From: a bacterium
GTDB lineage: Bacteria > Sysuimicrobiota > Sysuimicrobiia > Sysuimicrobiales > Humicultoraceae
Reading direction: 5' to 3'
DNA length: 21,651 bases
NCBI GenBank assembly: GCA_041497675.1
Contig: JBGQGY010000059.1
Coordinates: 1 to 21,651 of the forward strand
Shown: positions 15,345 through 21,651 of the stretch, piece after piece
How the letters are laid out: each line of letters opens with the position of its first letter
Position numbering within the stretch: position 1 is the stretch's first letter
Made by a program: the position numbers and the translations under genes
The notes under the pieces: model-generated
The model's database searches: none
What the model was told of the DNA's origin: nothing
What the model saw: the letters and a program-made list of their open reading frames with translations, nothing else

Positions 15345-16847
15345 ATGATGACACGACGATGCACACGGATTGCGGCGGTGCTGGGCGTGGTGTTGCTCGT
15401 CGCGACGGTGGGCCGTGCGGGCCCGGCGCCGGGCACGCTCCGCGTCGCCTACTATCAGCGGGTCGTCTCGCTCGACGCCCACGGCGCCGCGGCGGCCGAG
15501 CGGATTTCCATCATCCTGGGGCGGCATCTCTACGATACGCTCGTGACCTGGGACCCAAAGGCCAAGAAGTTCCAGCCGGCCCTCGCCACGCGCTGGCGAA
15601 GCGTCGACCCCACCACGTGGGAGTTCGAACTCCGCCGGGGCGTGACGTTCCATGACGGCAGCGAGTTCACCTCGGCGGCCGTGAAGACGTCGCTGGAGCG
15701 TGTCGTCGCGCTGCGCGGACCGCTGACGCCGCTCTTCACCGCGGTCGCGTCGGTGGAGACACCCGATCCGTCCCGCGTCGTCATCAAGACCCAGGGCCCA
15801 ATGGGCACGCTGCTGTCCAACCTGACCATGTTGTTCATCGTGCCGGCCGGGACCCCAGCGACGCCGGCCTTCGCCGACAAACCGATCGGCACCGGGCCGT
15901 TCAAGTTCGTCGAGATAGTGCGTGATGCCCGGGTGGTCTTCGAGGCCAATCCAAACTACTGGCAGCGGGGGACTCCCAAACTGCAGCGTCTGATCTTCCT
16001 CGACATCCCGGAGCTGTCCGGCCGCGTCACGGCGTTGGAGACCGGCGAGATCGACATCACGATGGGTCTACCACCCGAAGAGATCAAGCGTCTCAAAGGG
16101 AACACGCAGATCAAGATCGACACCGGGCCGACCTACTTCACGCGTTTCCTGTGGATCAATCCAACGCACAAGCCGTTTGACGACGTCAAGGTGCGCAAGG
16201 CGTTGCAGCACGCGCTCAACCTCAACGCCGTGACCAGCTCGCTGCTGGCCGGCATCGCTATCCCGGCCAAAGGCCCGATCGGGAGCAACGTCGTGTGCGC
16301 CGCCGACCAGAAACCGTACGGCTACAACACGACCCTGGCCCGCCAATTGCTCACCGAAGCCGGCTTCGCGCGGGGGTTCGACACGGTCATGAAGTGGAAC
16401 GATGCCAACCCGAAGGAGCGTGAGGTGGCCGATGCCATCGTCGGGCAGCTGGCGCTCGTCGGCATCCGGGTGCAAAACGTGCTCCAGCCGCGGGCGCTGT
16501 GGCTCGACGATCTGCTCAAGCTGAACTGGGATCTCAACCTGCTCGGCACGGGAGCGGTCACCGGCGACGCCGACTTCACGCTCGGCCGCCTCTATCACTC
16601 GCGCGCCAATCGTACCGGGTGGAAGCATGCCGAAACGGATCAACTGCTCGAACAGGCGGCGGCCACGGTCGATCAGACGAAGCGGTGCGATCTCTACAAA
16701 CGGGTCCAGGAGATCCTGTGGCAGGAAGGGCCCGCAGTGTTCCTCTTCGAGTCGCGCGAGTCGTACGGCTATCGGACGCGGGTGCAGAACTTCACCCTGC
16801 CGCCGAGCGAGATCTTCTCGCTCACCGAGGTGTCGGTCGCGCCCTGA
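15345..16847 (+). CDS. Family-5 ABC solute-binding protein, 500 aa, operon 3
   Basis: SD GGAGGT; Sec-type signal peptide; YDTLV, FELRRGVTFHDG, IGTGPF, PFDDVKVRKAL. Confidence 0.94.
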   Translation: MMTRRCTRIAAVLGVVLLVATVGRAGPAPGTLRVAYYQRVVSLDAHGAAAAERISIILGRHLYDTLVTWDPKAKKFQPALATRWRSVDPTTWEFELRRGVTFHDGSEFTSAAVKTSLERVVALRGPLTPLFTAVASVETPDPSRVVIKTQGPMGTLLSNLTMLFIVPAGTPATPAFADKPIGTGPFKFVEIVRDARVVFEANPNYWQRGTPKLQRLIFLDIPELSGRVTALETGEIDITMGLPPEEIKRLKGNTQIKIDTGPTYFTRFLWINPTHKPFDDVKVRKALQHALNLNAVTSSLLAGIAIPAKGPIGSNVVCAADQKPYGYNTTLARQLLTEAGFARGFDTVMKWNDANPKEREVADAIVGQLALVGIRVQNVLQPRALWLDDLLKLNWDLNLLGTGAVTGDADFTLGRLYHSRANRTGWKHAETDQLLEQAAATVDQTKRCDLYKRVQEILWQEGPAVFLFESRESYGYRTRVQNFTLPPSEIFSLTEVSVAP

Positions 16848-17764
16848 CCGGCTATCTGCTCCGCCGCATCCTTGCCGCCCTGCTCGTCGTCTGGGGCGTG
16901 CTGACCGTCATCTTCACCGTGGTTCGCGTCATCCCCGGCGACCCGGCGCAGGTCTTGCTGGGGACGTTCGCCACCGCCGAGATGGTGGCCGAGCAGCGGG
17001 AGAAGATGGGTCTCGACCGCCCGCTGCTTGTGCAGTATGGGCTGTTCCTCCGGCAGGCCGCGCTCGGCGATTGGGGCCGATCGTATCACGAAGGCCACCC
17101 CGCCTTTGGGCTCGTGCTGGAGCGAATGCCCGCAACGCTGGAACTCGCGATTGCCGGCATCGCGGTGACCATCCTGCTGAGCGGGGCGCTCGGCACGCTC
17201 GCGGCGCGCTGGGTCCAGTCGCCGGCCGACCGGCTGATCGGCGCGTTCTCGCTGCTGGGACAGGCCGTCCCAAACTTCTGGCTGGGTCTGGTGCTGGTGA
17301 TCGTGTTCGCGCGCAACCTGCACTGGTTGCCGTCGTTTGGCCGCGGCACCCTGGCCCACCTGGTGCTACCGACGGTCACGCTCTCAGTGCAGTTGATCGG
17401 CGTCATGACGCGGCTGGTGCGCGCCGGCATCCTCGAGGTCATGCAGCAGGACTACATCCGCACCGCGCGGGCCAAGGGGATCACCGAACGCGCGGTGCTC
17501 GTCCGGCACGCTGTCCGCAACATGTTGATCCCGGTGGTCACGGTGCTCGGCCTCCAGGCAGGCGCGTTGCTCGGTGGGGTGGTCGTGATCGAGACCGTCT
17601 TTGCCTGGCCGGGGCTTGGCCGGCTCATCGTCACGTCGATCAACAACCGCGACTATCCGGTCGTGCAGGCGGCGGTGACGTTTACCGCGATGATCTTTGT
17701 GTTCCTCAATCTCGGGGTCGACGTGATCTACGGATACCTCGACCCCCGCATCCGGTATGCGTGA
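16844..17764 (+). CDS. Opp/Dpp-family ABC permease (DppB type), operon 3; probable CTG start
   Basis: Family-like sequence begins at LTGYLLRRIL, with CTG 16844 overlapping the SBP TGA. Motifs IPGDPA, DYIRTARAKG, ETVFAWPGLGRL, RDYPVVQ, YLDPRI. Confidence 0.92.
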   Translation: MTGYLLRRILAALLVVWGVLTVIFTVVRVIPGDPAQVLLGTFATAEMVAEQREKMGLDRPLLVQYGLFLRQAALGDWGRSYHEGHPAFGLVLERMPATLELAIAGIAVTILLSGALGTLAARWVQSPADRLIGAFSLLGQAVPNFWLGLVLVIVFARNLHWLPSFGRGTLAHLVLPTVTLSVQLIGVMTRLVRAGILEVMQQDYIRTARAKGITERAVLVRHAVRNMLIPVVTVLGLQAGALLGGVVVIETVFAWPGLGRLIVTSINNRDYPVVQAAVTFTAMIFVFLNLGVDVIYGYLDPRIRYA

Positions 17765-18602
17765 CCTCACGTCCACACGCAAGGGACGCTGGGTGCTGGC
17801 CAGCGGGGTCGTCCTGGCCCTCGCGCTGTTCGTCGGGCTCGCCGGCCCCTCGATCGTTCCCTACGACCCGTTGGGGCTTCGCCTCGAGCTACGCCTGCAG
17901 CCTCCGGGGGCTCGCCTTCCCGACGGCGAGATCGCTTGGTTTGGGACCGATCAACTGGGCCGTGACCTGTTGCGTCAGGTCATCCACGGCGCCCGGGTCT
18001 CGATCCTGGTGGCGCTGGTCACGGTCATTGTTGCGGGCGTCTCCGGCACCGCGCTGGGGCTGCTCGCCGGATATGCGGGCGGGTTGACCGACATGGTCAT
18101 CATGCGTCTGGTCGATTTGCAGCTCGCCTTCCCGCCGCTGTTGTTGGCCATCCTGATCTCGGCTGTCATCGGGCAGTCCGTCGCGAACGTCATCCTGACG
18201 CTCTCGATCATCCGGTGGGCGGTCTTCGCCCGCATCGTGCACGGATCGGTGCTGTCGCTGCGCGAGAAGGAGTTCGTGGAGGCCGCCCGCGCGCTGGGCG
18301 GCGGCGCGGTCCGCGTGATGGTACGCCACGTGCTGCCGAACACGCTCACGCCGATCGTCATCGTCGCGACGCTGCAGATCGCCCTGCAGATGCTCGCCGA
18401 GGCCGCGCTGAGCTTCTTGGGGCTCGGGATCCCCAGTCCGCTACCGTCGTGGGGTGTCACGATCAGCCAGGGGCGCGACTATCTGCAAAGCGCCTGGTGG
18501 ATTGCCACGATGCCGGGCGTGGTGATGACATTGGTGGTCCTGTGCGCGGGCGCGTTTGGCGACGCGCTGCGCGACTATCTCGACCCGAGGTTTGGCGCGT
18601 GA
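17757..18602 (+). CDS. Opp/Dpp-family ABC permease (DppC type), operon 3
   Basis: FGTDQLGRDLL, EFVEAARALG, PSWGVTI, GDALRDYLDPR. Confidence 0.95.
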   Translation: MRDLTSTRKGRWVLASGVVLALALFVGLAGPSIVPYDPLGLRLELRLQPPGARLPDGEIAWFGTDQLGRDLLRQVIHGARVSILVALVTVIVAGVSGTALGLLAGYAGGLTDMVIMRLVDLQLAFPPLLLAILISAVIGQSVANVILTLSIIRWAVFARIVHGSVLSLREKEFVEAARALGGGAVRVMVRHVLPNTLTPIVIVATLQIALQMLAEAALSFLGLGIPSPLPSWGVTISQGRDYLQSAWWIATMPGVVMTLVVLCAGAFGDALRDYLDPRFGA

Positions 18603-19594
18603 CGTTGCGGTTCGCGGTCATCGGCGTCGGCGTCTGGGGGCAGCGGCACGCGGCCACCCTACGCGCGATCGAGCAGGAAAGCGGTCTGGTCCGTTTGGCG
18701 GCCATTGTCGACCCGGACGCGGCGCGCCTCGAAGCCCAGGCGCGGACGCTGGGCGTTCAGGCGTATCGGGATGTCCGCGACCTGCTCGCGCACGAGACCC
18801 TGGACGCCGTCTGCCTCTGCACGCCCGACCCATATCATGTTCAGCCCGCCCTCGCCTGCTTGTCCCTGCGCATCCACCTGCTGGTGGAGAAGCCATTGGC
18901 CACCAGCGTCGACGACGCCCGGCGCATCGCCGATGCGGCCCGCGAGGCTGAGGTCGTGGTGACCGTGGGGCACATTCTCAGACACGTCTCGCAGTATCGG
19001 GCCGCCTGGGACGCGCTCCAGACCGGGCGTCTGGGCGAGTTGACCCACGCGGTCGCGCGCCGGTGGAGCCTGGTCACCAGCGGTGAGCGCATCGCCGGCC
19101 GCGCAACGCTGGCCATGTTTCAGGCGATCCACGACCTCGACATCCTCCGCTGGCTCGGCGGCCCGGTGACGCGCGTCCACGCCGAGTCATCGAGCCGCCT
19201 GCTCGCCCGGTTCGGCGTCGCGGACACGCTGGTGGCCACGCTACGGTTCGCCGGCGGCGCGGTCGGCGCGGTCGAGTCCTCGTGGGCGCTGCCGCGCGAG
19301 TCGCCCGCGGCGCTGGCCCAGGAACTCGACGTGCTCGGGACGGCCGGCCGGCTGCGTTTCTCGCTGCCCGGCGAGGGCGTGGAGATTGCCGCCGAGGGAA
19401 AGGTGGAAACCCCCTATCTCTCGCTCCTGGGTGCGACGCCCCTGGCGTTGCGCGCCGAACTGCTGAACTTCATCGGTGCGATCCGAGAACGCGAACCCCT
19501 CGCCGTGACCGTGGACGATGGCGTCGAGGCGGTGCGGTTGGCCGACGCGGTGGATCGCTCGCTGGCGTCTGGAGCGCCGGTCGAACTGTCTTAG
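18599..19594 (+). CDS. Gfo/Idh/MocA family NAD(P)-dependent oxidoreductase, 331 aa
   Basis: Start moved to GTG 18599 (GTGA overlap). Rossmann VIGVGVWG, CTPD..H, VEKPLA, VGHILR, IHDLD. Confidence 0.92.
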   Translation: MTLRFAVIGVGVWGQRHAATLRAIEQESGLVRLAAIVDPDAARLEAQARTLGVQAYRDVRDLLAHETLDAVCLCTPDPYHVQPALACLSLRIHLLVEKPLATSVDDARRIADAAREAEVVVTVGHILRHVSQYRAAWDALQTGRLGELTHAVARRWSLVTSGERIAGRATLAMFQAIHDLDILRWLGGPVTRVHAESSSRLLARFGVADTLVATLRFAGGAVGAVESSWALPRESPAALAQELDVLGTAGRLRFSLPGEGVEIAAEGKVETPYLSLLGATPLALRAELLNFIGAIREREPLAVTVDDGVEAVRLADAVDRSLASGAPVELS

Positions 19595-20757
19595 CGCCCC
19601 ACGGCCCGCGCGATCCGTTCGCAGATCTCCCCGAGGATCGCGGGCGTCGTGGCAAAGTTGAGGCGGGCGCAGTGCCCGGCGCGCCCGAAGTCGGCGCCGT
19701 CGTTCAAGGCCACCCGGGCGTGTTCGAGCAGGTACGCGGCCGCCGTGTGATCCAGCCCGAGCGCCTCGAAGTCGAGCCAGGCCAGATAGGTCCCCTCCGG
19801 CGTGCGGTGCCGGACCCTGGGCAGACGGTCACGGACGAACGCGGCCAGCGTCTGGCGGTTCGCGTCGAGCTGGCGCATGACCGTGTCGAACCAGGCGCCG
19901 CCCTCGCGCCAGGCGGCCACCGTCGCCCGGATACCGAGGACGTTGGGGCCGCCGCGAAAGCGCGCCGGCAGCGCGTCGAACCGCGCCCGGAGCGACGGGC
20001 TGCCGAAGATCGCCACGGCACACCGCATGCCACCAAGGTTGAACGATTTTGTGGCCGACGTCAGCGTGATCGTGCGCGCGGCGACCTGCGGTCCCAGTGT
20101 GGCAAACGGAATATGCCGGTGACCGGGGTAGACGACGTCCATCCAGACCTCATCGGACACCACCATCAAGTCACACGCTTCGGCGATCGCGGCGATGCCC
20201 TCGAGCTCGTCGCGGCGCAGCACGCGTCCCGACGGATTGTGCGGGTTACAGAGCAGCATGAGTTTTGTGCGCGGATCGGCGGCGAGCCGGCGCAGCCCAT
20301 CGAGATCAATGGCCGCCGTACCGCAGGCATCGATGAGCCGGTTGTCGACGACCCGGCGGCCCAACGCTTCGATGCTGGTCAAGAACGGCGGGTAGATCGG
20401 GCCCTGCACGATGACGCCGTCGCCGGGATCGCTAAAGCCGTGGATGGCCACGAACATCCCCTGCACGAGATCAGCCAGCACGGCGAACGACGCGGGGTCC
20501 GGTTCCCACCCGTGGCGATGGGCAATCCACTGTGAGGTCGCGCGAAACAGTTCGGTCTGATCCTCCGGCCGGTCGTACCCAAGCGCGGAGTGCTCGGCCG
20601 ACCACGCGACGGCCCGCCTCACCGCCTCGGGCAGCGTGAAATCCATATCGGCGACCCACGCCGGCAGCACATCCGCCCCGTACTTGGTCCATTTCGTGCC
20701 AAGCCGCGCGCGCAGGGCGGCTTCGGTCACGCCGGCGGACGGATCGACGACAAGCAT
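19591..20757 (-). CDS. MalY/PatB family PLP-dependent enzyme (C-S lyase/aminotransferase class I/II), 388 aa
   Basis: KWTKY..DVLPAWVADMDF, PIYPPF, LCNPHNPSGRV, SDEVW, SATKSFNLGG (PLP lysine), EGTYLAWLDF, RLNFAT; SD GGGAGG. Confidence 0.93.
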   Translation of the reverse strand: MLVVDPSAGVTEAALRARLGTKWTKYGADVLPAWVADMDFTLPEAVRRAVAWSAEHSALGYDRPEDQTELFRATSQWIAHRHGWEPDPASFAVLADLVQGMFVAIHGFSDPGDGVIVQGPIYPPFLTSIEALGRRVVDNRLIDACGTAAIDLDGLRRLAADPRTKLMLLCNPHNPSGRVLRRDELEGIAAIAEACDLMVVSDEVWMDVVYPGHRHIPFATLGPQVAARTITLTSATKSFNLGGMRCAVAIFGSPSLRARFDALPARFRGGPNVLGIRATVAAWREGGAWFDTVMRQLDANRQTLAAFVRDRLPRVRHRTPEGTYLAWLDFEALGLDHTAAAYLLEHARVALNDGADFGRAGHCARLNFATTPAILGEICERIARAVGR

Positions 20758-20837
20758 GCTCTAGACCTCCCGGTGTGCGCCTCGCCCTGCATCACTCCGC
20801 TGTCGAGCCGCCGGACACCTGCCGGCGCCGCACCCAC

Positions 20838-20862
20838 AGGAACCGCGACGCGGCGCAGGAAT
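20838..20862 (+). promoter_or_regulatory. Putative AGGA-N17-GAAT promoter for the FAD oxidoreductase gene
   Basis: AGGA-accgcgacgcggcgcag-GAAT, 21 nt upstream of ATG 20884. Confidence 0.45.
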
Positions 20863-20883
20863 AGTGAAGAGAGGTCACCCGCG

Positions 20884-21651
20884 ATGCAGATGCAGCACCT
20901 GGCCTGGGATGTGCCACTGATCGCCGAACCCGACGTGCTCGTCGTCGGCGGCGGCTCGGCCGGCATCGCCGCGTCCATCGCGGCCGCGAGAACCGGCGCC
21001 AAGACGATGCTGATCGAACGCTACGGCTTTCTCGGCGGCACGTCCACGGCCGCGCTCGTGGGCCCGATGATGACGTCGTTCTCGACCGAAGGCCACCAGC
21101 CTGTGGTGGGTGGGATCTTTCAGGAGATCGTCCGGCGTATGGTGGCGATGGGCGGCGCGGTTGATCCGGACACGATCCCTGAGATCGGGTGGTACGGCGG
21201 CTATATCCGGCACGGGCACACGCACGTCACGCCATTTCACCCCGAAGCGCTCAAACTGGCGGCCCAGGAGATGGTGCTCGAGGCCGGCGTCCGGCCGCTC
21301 CTCCATACGACCTTCGTCGACGCGCTGCGCGAAGACCACCGGCTGCGCGGCGCGGTGGTCGTGAACAAGGCCGGGTTGGGCGTGATCCGCGCGGGCGTGC
21401 TGGTCGACGCGTCCGCCGATGGTGATGTTGCAGCCGCGGCGGGTGCCGCGTTCATGAAGGGCCGGCCCGAGGACGGGAAGATGCAGCCGGCCACGATGTT
21501 CTTCCGCGTGGGAAGCGTGGACGATGCGGCGGTGGAGGCATGGGTCGCTGAACACCAGCAGGTTCATCCGGGGGAACGCCTCTATGAATGCGTCGTGCAC
21601 TCCGCCCGGGCGCGCGGCGAATGGACGCTGCCCCGCGAATACCTGAGCCTG
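20884..21651 (+). CDS. FAD-dependent oxidoreductase (FAD_oxidored-type), 3'-truncated by the window end
   Basis: MQMQHLAWDVPLIAEPDVLVVGGGSAGIAASIAAARTGAKTMLIERYGFLGGTST...VDASADGDVAAAAGA...QPATMFFRV; SD GAGAGGT; open to 21651. Not in the ORF track. Confidence 0.92.
   Translation, partial: MQMQHLAWDVPLIAEPDVLVVGGGSAGIAASIAAARTGAKTMLIERYGFLGGTSTAALVGPMMTSFSTEGHQPVVGGIFQEIVRRMVAMGGAVDPDTIPEIGWYGGYIRHGHTHVTPFHPEALKLAAQEMVLEAGVRPLLHTTFVDALREDHRLRGAVVVNKAGLGVIRAGVLVDASADGDVAAAAGAAFMKGRPEDGKMQPATMFFRVGSVDDAAVEAWVAEHQQVHPGERLYECVVHSARARGEWTLPREYLSL

Noticed and set aside
8447..15660. Shared DNA stretch CTCCGCCGGGGCGTGACGTTCCA in SBP2 and SBP3
   Set aside because: Encodes the conserved LRRGVTFHDG motif in paralogs; not an independent repeat element.
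16499..18598. N-terminal extensions of permease B3 (from 16499) and of the oxidoreductase (from 18215)
   Set aside because: They overlap upstream genes out of frame; family-like sequence begins at 16844 and 18599.
19282..21600. ORFs 19282-20535 (+) and 20875-21600 (-)
   Set aside because: Antisense shadows of the PatB-family and FAD oxidoreductase genes.
1..21651. CRISPR array, tRNA/rRNA, riboswitch, IS or prophage elements
   Set aside because: No periodic repeats, cloverleaf, transposase or integrase ORF seen. Intergenic regions are short, and the one long gap is explained by the SIMPL remnant. An Rfam/Infernal scan would be needed to exclude small RNAs formally.

Overview
High-GC bacterial chromosomal segment rich in nutrient-uptake and catabolic genes. 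I see no rRNA, tRNA, CRISPR array or mobile element. In order: (1) the 3' end of an SPFH/prohibitin gene; (2) a minus-strand operon of Tat-exported family-5 solute-binding protein (SBP), two Opp/Dpp permeases, a C-N hydrolase, an M24 metallohydrolase and a cupin, with a divergent FAH-family gene; (3) two tandem secreted cupredoxins; (4) a second SBP/permease/permease operon followed by exoD; (5) a VOC protein and a DRG/Obg-like GTPase with a TGS domain; (6) a deleted and frameshifted SIMPL (DUF541) remnant, a small hypothetical protein and a stand-alone B3/4 editing-domain protein; (7) a third SBP/permease/permease operon ending in a Gfo/Idh/MocA oxidoreductase; (8) a MalY/PatB PLP enzyme and the 5' part of an FAD oxidoreductase. 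Most notable: the second cupredoxin has His in place of the axial Met (C-x4-H-x4-H). The pair sits behind an ECF-type promoter and a FadR-type operator. An AGGA-N17/18-nAA(C/T) promoter-like motif recurs upstream of six transcription units. All three ABC operons lack ATPase genes. All calls come from reading the sequence by eye; no searches were run.
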